NCBI GenBank assembly: GCA_024679065.1
Contig: JAGIQG010000022.1
Span: 26,412,001 to 26,476,000, forward strand
Source of the DNA: Sphyrna mokarran
Taxonomy: Eukaryota
DNA: 64,000 nt
Direction: 5' to 3'
Below the pieces are notes generated by a model. It was not told the DNA's origin, made no database searches, and worked only from the letters and a program-made list of their open reading frames with translations. The position numbers and the translations under genes were made by a program. Positions within the stretch are counted from its first letter, which is position 1. Each line of letters opens with the position of its first letter. Shown one piece after another: positions 38,187 through 51,331 of this stretch.

Positions 38187-39277
38187 GAGTTTTTTCCTCT
38201 TTGAGACCCTATTATGCTTGTCAGTCACAGCTGATACTCCTCCACTTTTCCCTGGTATCTTCCCATTCAAGCAAAGGCAATTCAGCACCTGCTCTTTTGC
38301 CTTCTACCTTTCCATTGCCGAAAGCCCCAAACGCTTCCTTGCTTTAATATGCTGTACTTGCTGTTTAAAACATGATTTTCTTTAAATTAGGAAAATCAAA
38401 CACAAATTGTGTGACTGTTGCAAAGCACCTTCATTCAATCCACAGGCATAATCCTGCTGTTCTGGTGAATTATCATTTATATCTATATCACATTTCATTT
38501 TGACGTCCCTGTCCTTAGCTCGAATAGCAGCACCTCATCTTTTGATCTAGCATTGTGGATGACGGCTGTTATTTTTCAAATATTTTTGAGAATATAGTGG
38601 TATTCTGCATAGAAGTCAGTGTTTGGGTTGATGATAAATTAAATACAGGAATGTCTTGTCTGTGAGGGCTAGGGGATAAAAGAGTAAGGGTGTTGGGTTC
38701 ATGCATTTATTGTGAAAGGTTATGGTGAGGTTTGATTTACAAGTAAATTAGTTGGGTTTAAAATTTGTATTGTAAGATAAGTAGGGACTTTTCAGCCATT
38801 GAATTTCAAAGGGAAGTTCTGAAGTGATAGGAACTTGTACAATTTGTAAAGATTTCATAAGTAAGTAAGGAAAGGTATATTAACTTTTATTGACCTTAAA
38901 TTTCACCATGTAATAAATCATAATCAGAAATGTCACTGAAATTCTTTTTAATTTTGGAAGGCAGTATGTCAAAAAAAACCAAGATGGAAAAAATATAATA
39001 TATTCCATGTATGTAATGTAAAAAATAAGAAACCTGAAAAATTCTTATTTTTGGAAAAATTAGTTCAAAGAGGTATTTGAGGATAAGGAGATGTAAGAGG
39101 AAAAGGATACTTAAGGAAAGGTATCCGGCTGAGTTGAGAACTGTGTGAGGATGTGTTCTGAGACCAAATTTGTGCTGGAAGAAGCTGTGAAAGATGTGAA
39201 TTTGAAGCAGCTGTCCAGTCAAGCCAGAAATGTCTTTCTTTTCAAAAAGCAGCCTGCTTCTGAACCTTCTGGATTTC

Positions 39278-39610
39278 CACATGGTGGCACAGTGGTTAGC
39301 ACTGTTGCTTCATAGCGCCAGAGGCTTGGGTTTGATTCCAGCCTTCGGTCACTGTCTGTATGGAGTTTGCATGTTCTCCCTGTGTTTGCATGGGTTTCCT
39401 CTGGGTGCTCTGGTTTCCTCCTACAGTCCAAAGATGTGCAGGCTAGGAGGATTGACCATGCTAAATTGGCCCTTAGTGCCCAAAGATGTATAGGTAAGAT
39501 GGATTAGCCATGGTAAAATGCACGAGGCTACGGGGGTAGGGGGGTGCGGATGATCCTGGGTAAGATGCTTTTTCAGAGAGTCAATGTAGACAAATGGCCT
39601 CTTTCTGCAA
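39278..39610 (+). mobile_element. HE1 SINE
   Basis: atggtggcacagtggttagcactg; V-domain. Confidence 0.9.
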
Positions 39611-39796
39611 GTTTGTTGTCTTATTAATAAATCCTTCAGTTTTAAAATCCCCAAGATGTTTCTGGAGCTCGATGCTTTTGGCTGTGTAGTTTTTCCCTAT
39701 TTTCAAAATACAAAAGAAAATGTTTTATGATCAGTATAACAGATTTCCCTTTGCGATCTGGTCTGCTCAGCAAACAATATCTGTTTTACTTGTAAC

Positions 39797-40362
39797 AGGC
39801 ACTTTACAGTCTTCTGGACTCAAATTGAGTTCAACAATTTCAGATCCTAACCTCTGTGCCCATTTTGTTTGGACTGTGGCAGCTTTCGGTAATGATTTTG
39901 GTATTTCCATTTACACCACTTTTAGAACCACCTTTGGCCTGGAAATTTCCAGCTGCCCACACCGGTGGAATCTTCTTGTCATGCCAATGGCTCACACCCA
40001 TCGCTGTTTTCCTGGCGGCAATCCCATTGACAGCAGCACGACTAGAAGATTCCACCATGAGTAAATATATGCCACTTCCAGCATGAGATATTTGCTACGG
40101 GGAGACCCCCACCACTCCCTCTCCTCCCAATTTGCTTTGTTATTTTTCTAATTACCATCTCTCGTTTTACTTACAATTGATCTCTTGTGCTGTCCATCTG
40201 ATGACAGATCTCTCTCCTCTTGTTTGTTCCCCACTTTCCCTACCTTTGTACTTGCTTAAAATCTGTGACATCTGTAAATTTTTTTCAGTTTTGAATTAAT
40301 CTGACATGTTAACTCTTTCTATCACCGTAGATGCTGCCTACCCAACTGAGTATTTCGAGCAT
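39797..40362 (+). mobile_element. Penelope 3' remnant (family B) interrupted by a MITE (~39936-40110)
   Basis: ggcactttacagtcttctggactc..ttgagttcaacaatttcagatcctaa = GTLQSSGL..EFNNFRS* (GIY-YIG ORF end); terminal gttaactct...agatgctgcc. Confidence 0.6.
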
Positions 40363-41018
40363 CTTGAGATGAAATCATGACATTGTTTCAGGCATGTTAT
40401 AAAATTGATGTACTTGGATCATAAATGTGAACCTTTTAGTTGTTTATGCCTACAGAACTCAATTGCGCATGTTACATGGAAAGGAATACTTTTTTGCATT
40501 GTAATAGTCATGAGATGTTGTTTACACTTTTGCATAGTCAATTATTGTATAAGGGCTGTATTGATACGAAAATCAATATTTAAAATTATTCTTTAGTTTT
40601 TATAATATTGTTTTGCAATTAAAATAGCTGTCTTCATGGAAATGTTCCTTCATGTTCCTAAAGTTTAATATATAGTGTTCCCGGAATTGTTTAGGCTAAA
40701 ACATGTTCTCAATTGATTAATAAAGGTAATTATCTGACGCCATGCAAATCCTGTCACATTTTATGCATGTAAAATACTCAGTTTGTATTTAAATAACATA
40801 GATTTCGTATGTGAAATACACAAACTCATGTTTGGTATATGCATTGCTAAAAACTACATGAAAACACATAACCTCGGAAGGCCTTCAGTAGGCTAGGAAG
40901 TCAGATACAATACACTTTTTTAATGAAACATGTATTTGCCCATTATTACAAAGTTGTGTTTTGCTCTTTTTTGTATCCCCTGTACGTTTTGATAGAGCTT
41001 GCACTGTTTTTGCTCTAG

Positions 41019-41053
41019 GGCAACACAGGGAAATCCCAAAGATCTATTTGTAG
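41019..41053 (+). CDS. Candidate terminal coding exon, (G)QHREIPKIYL*
   Basis: Pyrimidine-rich acceptor ctgtttttgctctag; phase-1 join to 34935 gives a stop at 41051-41053; AATAAA at 41200 and 41253; repeat-free surroundings. Confidence 0.4.
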
Positions 41054-42779
41054 GCAGTCTGTGTCTCAAGAGTCAGTTTCTTAACAATTGTGAAATGGAG
41101 ATGCAGATCTGTGTTTTTTAAGCAAAAAAAATTGTAATTTATTGAGAAAGACTCTTTGCTTTCCAACCTATCATGGTATAATGACATAAAACATGCTTAA
41201 ATAAATTTAAAGATGATTGTTATGTTTTTCGAACCGAATCCGCTTTGCAACAAATAAAGGCTGCAAGAAGCGTATTTGATTTCTGCAGCAATCCTTTTAT
41301 TTGCTTGTGTTTTACAAAGATACCGAATTGGTGTGGTACAAAGATGTGTAACGTTTGTCGGTGTCCTAGTTCAGCAGATGCTAAGTTCTGACAGTAATTC
41401 TTGACACACTTGTCAAAATAAAAATATGAAATTGTGCTTATTGCCTCTTTGATTGTTGTCCCTTTGATAATAATCTCCACCAGGTTGTTTTTTAAAAACA
41501 TAATTAGTGACAGTAATCAAAGTACCACTTTGTTTTGTAGTGCATACTTATTTTAGGGCTTCCTTCACCATGGCAATAATACTGCTATTTACATTCATTG
41601 CCAAAACAACATGACAACCATTATTAGTGCTGCTTTTGAAATGTTAATTATAAACACTGACTTACAATACATTTCAATGTCGAAATCAACATGTTTCATA
41701 GCAGTACTACAGTATGATGGGATTATGCACGCCTCTGAGTGAGAAACCAGAAAGTAGTATTATCATTTTTAATTTCTATCTATCTTCAACAGTCAGAAAG
41801 ATGCATTTAATCTGCTCTCAGAGTAACAGGAGGAAAACATATATTTTGTGTAATAACGGTTGTATGCATGCAGTGACGCTCCAGCGCTTCTCCAGGATAG
41901 ATTTAAGAAGCAACAATACGAACAGCACTATTGCATTTGACCCATGTAGACCACTGTTGTATTTATTTTAATTCTGAGAGTGTGTCTCTTTAAATAGAAG
42001 TGATGGTATGCCAAAGGCCTTATAATGAAAACTATTTTAGACAAAGAGATCTGAGTTTATAGCAATGTATACTGTATAATATTTCCAGTTGTAGCGCAAG
42101 CATAATAGATCTTGAATATTGCAGGTCAAAGATTTAGTCACCATGGTGTTGCTGAGGGTAATTGTCCCTTCTATTAGTGTAGAGATCATAGTGAACAAAT
42201 TATTTTACAAATACAGGTGGTAAGTGTTCTGGGAAAAGTCTCATTTTAAAAATATTGACAGAAAATGAATTGGTTTCATGGATCTTTTTATGGAAACTAT
42301 TGTTTGTGTTTTTTAATTACCTCAAGTGATAACAATTCAATGTCTCTTTTAAGATCCAGTGTAACTGAGAAAAGAATTATTTTCTGCTTTTGTTCTTTCC
42401 AGCATAGGGTTGACATAGGCAGCTTAATTTATCGAGAGTAAGATATGCTCTGTGAAATGTTTTAAATTGAATTTCTTTGTTTGCTACAGGTTGTCATTGA
42501 GTGGGCCAGGGTCCTGGCATCCTCCCAATCTCTCTCATCCAGGAATTGTGCCCATTCTCCTTTCCCAGATGCCTGGGTTGGAGCTGTTGATTCTGATATC
42601 ACATGAATAAAAGGATGTACAAACCTGATATTAGTCCTCGAGTCATTTTTTTGATCTCATAACCTTAATTCCGGAGTGGCTCGTTTTATGAACATTGTAG
42701 ACTGGGACTATAGGAAAATCTTTGCTGTAATAATTTATATCTGAATCTGGTATGTTCTAATTATTTAATCTTTTATTCA

Positions 42780-43812
42780 TGAGATTTTCAAGAGGCAGAT
42801 TCATTTTTTGAGCTTCAGGATGGGGTCTTGAGCCTGCGTTCATGGACCCCAGGATTTGTGGTAGGGCTCAATATTCAGTGAAAGCTGGGTGTCACAAACC
42901 TTACTGGCAAGATCATGATTTCTAATTTTTGCTGCCCCTTGCCACTGATATGATCATATCCATAATGGGTGTAAACCTGATTTAATTACATTTCATTAGA
43001 TTTTAATATTATTAACATGTCTCTCTCACCGTATATTAATGCCTCTGTTATATTAACACTGCATCAACATGATGTCATGCAAACCTGTCATGACAATCTC
43101 CCGGGGGCATAAAGGTGAGTATAGCTCCTGGAGTGATGGACATACTTTCCACTGCCTGGCTAATGCTGCTGGCTCTGCCCTTGCACTGGCTTGCACTGCC
43201 AGGTTGACATCATGCAAACCTGGCACTGCCACACTGTGAGAGACTAACGGGGGAGGAGGAATGGGATTCATTTAGATATGATGGGTAGGAGTTGATGTGG
43301 GAATTGGGAATGCCACTGATGGATGTTGGAGTGTGGGTGTTGACAGTAATTGTGGGGTTGGGGGTTGGTAAGGACTTGATATTGGAGGAGGGGGATAAGG
43401 ATGGGGTTTTGGTTTTTAACTGCTGGGGGAAGAGAGAGAAGTGTTGACTCCAATCAGTTGACGGGGGGAGGGAGAGAGCAGGGGAGAAGTGTCGATGCTG
43501 ATCAGTGTTTGGGGAGTGGGACATAAGAGAAAGAGAGGTGCCACCTCCAATCCGGTGTGGAAGGGTGGTCACTAAGACATCCATGGTGGGCTTTGGAGGA
43601 ACATTCATGTTCTGATCAGGGCACCGTTTAAACATAGCGCTCCGATCTCAGTGCAACCTAAACCCTGTCCTTTTGCATGACATTGTGAAACTCACCCAGC
43701 TATTTTTTTGTTGATAGTCTGGTAAAACCTGGAGAGAAAACTGACTTCTTTGAGAGAATTACACCGTTTTTCTCACCAGAACCAACACTAACAAATTCTG
43801 GTAAGATCGCTG
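42780..43812. mobile_element. Degraded interspersed repeat (TIR-type); its 3' part recurs at 49021-49270
   Basis: tcatgttctgatcaggg..tttaaacat..aactcacccag..aaccaacact shared between 43605-43800 and 49065-49268. Confidence 0.55.
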
Positions 43813-44267
43813 CTTTGGTGTTTAACCCCATAATCCTTGTTTGCATTGTTAAGCTTTAGTTGCCATTGAGACTGAAAACCCAAATAGGTTTTGGAAGTGC
43901 CCATGCGGTTTCAGAATGAATAACTGGCTCTTAAGTAAGCTTTAACTTGAACAGATATATTTTGTTTATGGCTGTGTTGAAAATGTACTTCTATTAAGAT
44001 TCTGTATTTCGCTCCCAAGAAGGAATTTTGGAGAGAGCAAAATCTCATTTTGTGGCTGGGTGGTCCATTATTTCCAGTTAGTTAACTGTGAGATTGTGGA
44101 AGGCCATTATTTGCAATGTTCTAATTGCACGCTGTGATGCTGAAATAAAGTATAATTCCAGGATATGGAAATTGTCGGGAGATTGTCATGACAGGTTTGC
44201 ATGACATCATGTTGATGCAGTGTTAATATAACAGAGGCATTAATATACGGTGAGAGAGACATGTTAA
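43012..44267. repeat. Perfect 92-bp inverted repeat (43012-43103 vs 44176-44267)
   Basis: Base-by-base reverse-complement identity. Confidence 0.95.
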
Positions 44268-44637
44268 GAAAAATGTTCAATTGAGAACTTATGAATCTGT
44301 TGCCTTTTGCTTAATCCCTTTCTCTCACTTTCCCCTTTTTAAAATTTCTATTTGAGCAAGCCATTCATTTAAATTGTACTTTCATTGAAGCTTAAAGTAA
44401 TGTGTTTGATCTATTTTTGTCTTGCTTTTGAATTCCATTGCCTTTTTTAGATGGAGTCAAATTCATTTAGTCTTTGCTTTAAAATTGAATGCTTTTTGAG
44501 AAGTTGTGATCCAGTTCAATTGACGATCTGATTTTTCTGTATTAACCAGAACACTAATATTATTCAGTGACCTATTACTATCTTAAGAAATTAGATTATA
44601 TCTTAATAAATACCTGGTGACATTGTATGGTTATTTA

Positions 44638-45190
44638 TAAGAACATAGGATCAAGAATGAGTAGGCCGTTCAACCCCTCTATAGTCTGTTCCTCATTCCC
44701 GCATTGCAATTGATCTAAAGTAGTTTTGGCCACTTAACTAGTACATCAGTATCCCTTTCTAATTTTGTACTCCCATTTATACATTATTTTCCCACCAATC
44801 CCAGTGTTGTCAGCAAACTGGGATTGGCAAACTCTATTATGTTACTTAAACCATTAATAAATATAACGGATAGTTAAGCCTCAGCACAGATGTTTATGAA
44901 ATACCACTAGTTATTTCCTTCTATTTCAAATATATGCATGTTTTCCATTCTTTCTGTCTAACTAGTTACCTAACTAGATCAATAATTTGCCTTCTGTTCC
45001 ATGAGCTTTAATTTTAGCTAGCAGTTCCATTGATGGATCTTTATTGAACGCTTCTTGAAGTAACTGCATTTATAGACATTCTTCTGTTTACTACTTCAGC
45101 GACTTCATCAAATAAATACATTAGGTTTGTTAAGCATGACACACCCTTTACAAATCCATTTTGATTTTCAATTAGCCTTTCAAAATAAAT
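44638..45190 (-). mobile_element. Old CR1 RT remnant
   Basis: Reverse strand: GFVKGVSCLTNLMYLFDEV, FADNT (tttgctgacaacac), CR1 tail. Confidence 0.7.
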
Positions 45191-46637
45191 TTCTGAATTC
45201 TTCTTAATTGAAAAGACAAATTTATCTGTTCACCATGAAATTTTCAGGACTTGAGTTTATCTGGAAGTCATAAGATGGCGCGAGATAGAACATAGAACAC
45301 TACAGCACAAACAGGTCCTTCGGCCCACAAGTTGCGCTGATTATACTCATAATTACTAGGCCGTAGAACTATCTGTAACTCCCAATCCCATTTAATCCCA
45401 TTTAATCAGATGTTGTAATATGATTCTTCTGAACTATAATGCTGGGTGTGAAGCAGTTGTTCCAGCTTACCATAAAATGTTTTAAGAAGTGCAGCATACT
45501 TTGAGAAGGAAAAATAAGCTTGGTGCAGTGTTAATCTTTTGTCCAGTTGCAGTTCCCTCGATGAATAGTCACCTTAGAACCATTTCATACTGACTGAAGT
45601 TTAAGGAAACAAACTACAGCTGTGAATCAGGTAAAATGAAAGAAATCTTTTAACCATGACGACAGAAGTGGCAGGACTAATGGTAAGCATTAGCATTACT
45701 TCGATAGCTGGCGCATTGCCCTTTGTAAATCAAACATTATAGTTAGAGGCGAACACAACGTGAGGAACGGGTGTCTTCGATGTTAGAAATAATCAAATCA
45801 TTCAAAGCTCTTTTTTGTCTCGTGTTATTTTTGATTTCCCTGCTGAACACTTGCATAATGAAATAATTACATGTCGACATAATGCTTTCTGGAATGCTGA
45901 TGACGGCTGATAATTAGCGGCATGCGTTGTGGTTGTTAATCTTTCAAGAGATAGTATGGTAATTTCATACGAAGTGGGAGAAAATATGTCCTCACAGGTT
46001 AATTTAGCCTCGAGGTAAAAGCTTGTTACAGTTCCAAACATATCGAGTACTCTTCTTCCCCCATTTTAGGTGAATTCATTTGAGAGTTAGTTTATTTTTT
46101 GCAGGATGGATGCCGTAGGGTTGAGTTTGAAAGGTTAGAGCCCATAGAGACTAATAAACCACTTTATTCACGTCAATGCTGCTACTTTTATCTAGCGCTT
46201 AGCACTTTGACTATCCATCTGGAAATTTGGATTCATCATAAGTAACCTGCACACTTCCTTTTCAAATAAAGTTTTCATTTCCAAACCTGTTGAAAAATGT
46301 ACTTGGTGGATTTATCTGTTGTTGCTCATACTGCAGTGTTTGGTAGAACGAATGATGCTTAGTTCGTTACAGTATTTTACTGCATAAAATAGCAGTATCG
46401 ATATCAAACTCATCAGAACAAATCAAGTTGAGTTTATATCACAGTTAGGAGCACAACATTTGAAATTCCTCTTAATTACCATGACAGACTAACTGGAAAA
46501 TTAGACCAAAATAGATCTAAGTGCATGTTTGAAGGCAGAAATTCAGGAAATCAAAATCCATTTAGATGCAGTTTAGATCTCTAGTATGGATGACTGGTAA
46601 TCATTATGTTAGGACGCATGAATCTGTCAGATAACAA

Positions 46638-46965
46638 GATAGAATCCCGACACTGCAGAAGGATGCCATTTGGCCCATTGAGTCTGCACCCGACAACAAT
46701 CCCGTCCCAGGCTCTATCCCCGCAACCTCACACATTACCCCATTAATCCCTCTAATCTATACATCCCAGGATACTCAGAGGCAATTTAGTGTGACCAATT
46801 GACCTAACCCACACATCTTTCCACTGTGGAAGGAAACCAGAGCACTCGGAGGAAACTCTCATAGACATGGGGAGAATGTGCAAACTCCACATAGACGGTG
46901 ACCCAAGCCAGGAACCGAATTCAGGTCCCAGGAGTGTAAGGCTAATCACTGTGCCCATCCATGCC
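46638..46965 (-). mobile_element. HE1 SINE
   Basis: V-domain and CR1-type tail. Confidence 0.88.
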
Positions 46966-47497
46966 ATCCATATCCGATGGTTACCATGAACCCGTAAAGG
47001 TTCATTCTCTGAAATGACCTGGTTATTTTTGTTGCTGAAGAACTGTTTATGAATGTGTATGATATTACATTAATAGGTTATTTGACTACTGATATCGATA
47101 GAAGGTTTTGAAGAATTAGATCTAATCCTTGACGATTACAGCCAATTTTGAAATGATAGTTGAAGAGTTAGCAACATGCTAACATCAGTGCTGATTTCTG
47201 CTTAACAAGAGCTATATTTTCGTTTGAATTAAGAGTCCATGGATCAAAGCTCTGGCATTTTGTTTTAAGCATGCATAAATGAAAAAATTATCCACGTTCT
47301 GATTCATAACCAGATCTGGCATTTGTATTTAATACAGAAATTATCATTTGTTAAGAGGAAAAAAATTCTAGCCTAATTCTGAGTCAGTATTGTTTTTTTT
47401 GATTTTATGCAGCGTGCTGTCTATTTTCGGAGCACATTAGAGGCCATTAAACTTTGATTAATATGCATTACATACCATAACTTTAGATAAACCACTT

Positions 47498-47845
47498 AAT
47501 AGAATCCCTACAGTGCAGAAGAGACCATTTGGCCTGTTGTGGCTGCACTGACTTTCTGACAGAGTATCTTATCCAGGCCCTCTTCTGTTCTATCCCTATA
47601 ACCCTACACATTTACCAAGGCCAATATATATAACTGAGACATATTGAGACACTAACGGGCAATTTATCTTGGCCAATGCACCTAACCTGCCCATCTTTGG
47701 ACGTCGGTGGGAAACTGGAGCACCTGGATTTCATGCAGACATGGGGAAAATATGCAGAATCCACACTGACAGTCACCCAAGAATGGAATTGAATTCAGGC
47801 CACTGGCACTGTGAGACAGGTGCTAACCACTGTGCCACCATGCCA
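47498..47845 (-). mobile_element. HE1 SINE
   Basis: gcatggtggcacagtggttagcac head, V-domain, tail. Confidence 0.88.
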
Positions 47846-49299
47846 CTGATTTTAAAATTGCTTATTTTAGGTGAATTGTCTGCACCCCAAGAAAAGCTAT
47901 CCAAAGCAGTGATCGAAACTCCAAATTCAGATAAATCTATTATAACATTGATTCTGATTTATTGATTATTTTAGGAAAATAGTGTAAAATGCACAATGCT
48001 CTATAAAAACAAGCTTTGTCCTTAATCTGAAACTGGCATTTTATTCTGCTGCTGGGATTCAAACTTTCAGTCAAATAGTACAAGTTATCCTAGACTTTAC
48101 ACATTGAAGGTTTGCACGTCATTGCTGTAAAGTGTGCACATAAGACTAACTCTTGCCTTTCCTGTTATTTTTCTGTTTAAAAGTTTAACACCTGAAGTTG
48201 AATAGATGAATTCTGAGAAATTATTGCAAGAATTTTAGCTGTAGGTAAAAAAGAAGCGATTATTTTGAGGCCACTTTTATTATATCTGCAAGGGATTGCA
48301 ATCAGCTCTCTTCATTGAATAAAAACTTGGGCAGGATTTTCCCTTTACGTCTGCCTTAAGTCCAGAAATTCTCACCCAAGGTCAACAGATCTCTAACAAA
48401 TCATTTTGAAGTATTCCCCATATGGTTGGAGTTTAACAGATTTTGTGCTCTTTTTGAGGCCTGTATCTTGACACTGCATTGTAAGAGTTCTGTGGTATCA
48501 TTATTTTTATTGTAACTTAGCCCTGGCTAGTTGGTTTTCTCTAATCTTTGCATATTGCCACGGTAGCAGATCTGATCGAGCGCATCAAGTCCCAAATACA
48601 TTGCAAGCACCTGGTCTGAAACATGCTTCAATACAGTGGTCAACACATGGCTTAACCTGTTCTTTGTAAATCAGAGATAACAGCATGGCTGATTGAAATG
48701 CCTTATATGCACTCCATCGAGACATCCACAACTGAATCATAGAACATCAAATGAGGAAATACATGCCATCTCAGCTACCTGGATATCTGCCTGGCTTTTA
48801 CTGATAACCACAGCAACAAGAAAAATATGCTATTTCATATTCTTGTAATTGATTTGTAAATATTCACTGTAAAAATGTTATAATTTTCACTTTAAATATT
48901 TAAACCAATCTACAACAGAATAAGTCATATACACCCCAATGTAGTCACAAGCGTGTAGGAGCATAAGAACAGCAGTAGATGATTTATGCCCTCGAATCTA
49001 TTTGCCATCCTTTTAGACCATGGTGAGGGGTGGGAGAGGAGTGCCAACTTTGATCAGGGGAGGATCATGTTCTGATCAGGGTATCCTTTAAACATGGTGC
49101 CCCAATCTCAGTACAGCCAGGTTTTGCTAGCGTGTTTAAGCCCTGCTCCCCTACATGATGGCATGGAACTCACCCAGTTGCTTTCTTTTGACAGCGAAGT
49201 AAGATCAGGAAAGAAAACTGACCACAAGCCATTTTTCTCTCTGGAACCAACACTCTGCGAAATTCTGCGAAACCCCACCCTGTCTTTGTATTCTTTATA

Positions 49300-50968
49300 A
49301 TCCTTATTGTTCTGCTCCTATTGCACAAGTAGATTGCTCCCACTCCTGTTGAGGTGTAACCCATCCCTTTTGAATAAGTGCCTGCTGCCCCAGAGCTGGT
49401 GCAAGAATTTGAAGCCCTCATTCTGGTACTGCACCTCGAATGACATGTCAGCCCTCTTTATCATTTTCCTTTTGCTTCTGGTAGTGCGGGGCACTGGAAG
49501 TAATGCAGAAATTACTATTTCCAAGGTCCGACTTCCAAAATATTTCCTTAACTCCTCGACCTTAATATCTGCTCCTTCCACATCATTGGTACTCAAATGT
49601 ATCACAACTTCTGACTCACTTCATTCCCCTGCAGGATATTTTGTATTGTCTCTGAAGCATCCTTTATCTTGGACCAGAGAGGCAATGCATCCCGGGGGAC
49701 TCGTGATGAGGGTTACAGGATGCCTTAATTGTTGTCCTCACTAAGAAATCGCCTATAATGATTTCTTCTTTTTGTTGTTTGTTCCTATGTAATCCTGTTC
49801 CTATTCGTGCTCTAATCTGGACTGCACTCTTCAGAAGTCACCACTTTGTGATGGCCTGAGTGCTATGGAACAAAAAAAAGCTATGTTTTGTATTGAAGTG
49901 ATGACTAGGTTTCTCTGACGTTAGACTTCTTGTAAATAGCAGCTTGCTCCCAGTAGCTGGTCGTATGACCAAGCTGCCTTGGAGACAGAAGCTTGGAAGA
50001 AAATGTGAATCAAAAGTTAATAACAGGGATGAGTAATCTCCTAGGTGTGGTTCTTTGTCCAAGCAGTCTGAGTTTAGTTTTGAACAAGCAGGCTTCAGGG
50101 AATGTTTGTTTCAAGCAGAATTCAGTTGAAATTCTGTGTAATAACTAAAAGGGTTTATCACCTTGAGAGATGAAAGACCCTGCTAGTGAGTTAGACTTCA
50201 GGAATAGCACAGCTGAGAATAGAGGGGGGGAGAGAGAGAGTTCTATATATAAGAATGCAGAGGTCAAGGTAAAGAACATTAGAACCAGGAGTATTCCAAC
50301 CTAAGCTGCCTACTCTTATGAAGCTAGCAAAGTCTGAGTTGAGTGGGGCAAGCACAATTGTGGGATGTTTGGAGGAGATTTGAAGGGGAAAACCTTCTGA
50401 TAAATAAGGGGAAAACCCAGAAATCTCAATCCTTATATGAACCTTTGAAGCAGTACTCAGGCCAAGTGTTAATTTTGCAATTTTTCATCGTACCTGACTT
50501 CAATTTTTGGGGCTGGAGGTCAAATCAATCTGTTGTAAACTGTGAAATTTGTGATTTCATTCTTTTGGTGAATACTTGGGTTTCCAGATTTCCCAACACA
50601 AATAATAAGTAATACAAAAAAATTAATAATGATCTCTACTGAGATTGTAGCAGACAGTTTCCAAAGCTGGTTTGGGAGTGGCACATAGCATAAAGACCTC
50701 TAACTTCCTGTCTCTTTCTACCGTTCTGGATTGCTACTTATCTACTTTTGTAAGTTCTCACTACCTGTGGGGCAACCATTCCCTGGAGTTTGCACTCACC
50801 CTTTCTGATGCTCCACAGAAATCTCAGCTGCCCCATCAGCTTGAAATCCTGAGCTCAATCTGAAGCAGCTGGAGTTATTTCTGACACATGTATGTAGACA
50901 TTTGTAGTGCCCTCATGTTCATACATGGTGCAGGAATTGAAAGTAGCAGGTCTCAGCTGCCCATCCAT
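49300..50968 (-). mobile_element. CR1 ORF1 remnant (zinc finger/leucine zipper plus SGNH esterase), split by an LTR
   Basis: Start MDGQLRPATFNSCTMYE at 50968; IHLSTNDV (GTND-like) and DGLHLNRSG (DxxH) in ORF 49318-49605. Confidence 0.75.
49847..50652. mobile_element. Probable solo LTR inserted in CR1 ORF1
   Basis: TGTGA...TAGCA (TG..CA) 806-bp block separating colinear ORF1 parts; TATA-like tatatataag at ~50244; no clear TSD. Confidence 0.5.
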
Positions 50969-51331
50969 AATATCAGAAAAAAAACCTTTATTCCCTCTTT
51001 TAGAATCTAGCTCATATTTGCATCAGCTATTAATTTTAGTTAATGTCTGTGGACTTTCTCAGTATTAATACTCTTAATACTTATTTCCTTATTTATTATG
51101 CTTATCCCAGTTGAAATGTTATTAATTATTTATCTGATTAATCAGTAAGTTCAATACAATGCATTAGTCGTAGTTTAAACCATTGCTCTATTTTAAAAAA
51201 GCCAGAATATTCATCATCTATTTATTGTCCTCTGTCATCATCCTCTTATATGTGGTTGTGTCTGTTCTTTATAGCCAAAAGCTCTCTTAAAGATATCTTT
51301 AAATGCTCATCTATTTTAAATCTGTTTACTT

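Noticed and set aside
39278-39345. tRNA gene
   Set aside because: tRNA-derived SINE head continuing into the V-domain; no complete cloverleaf
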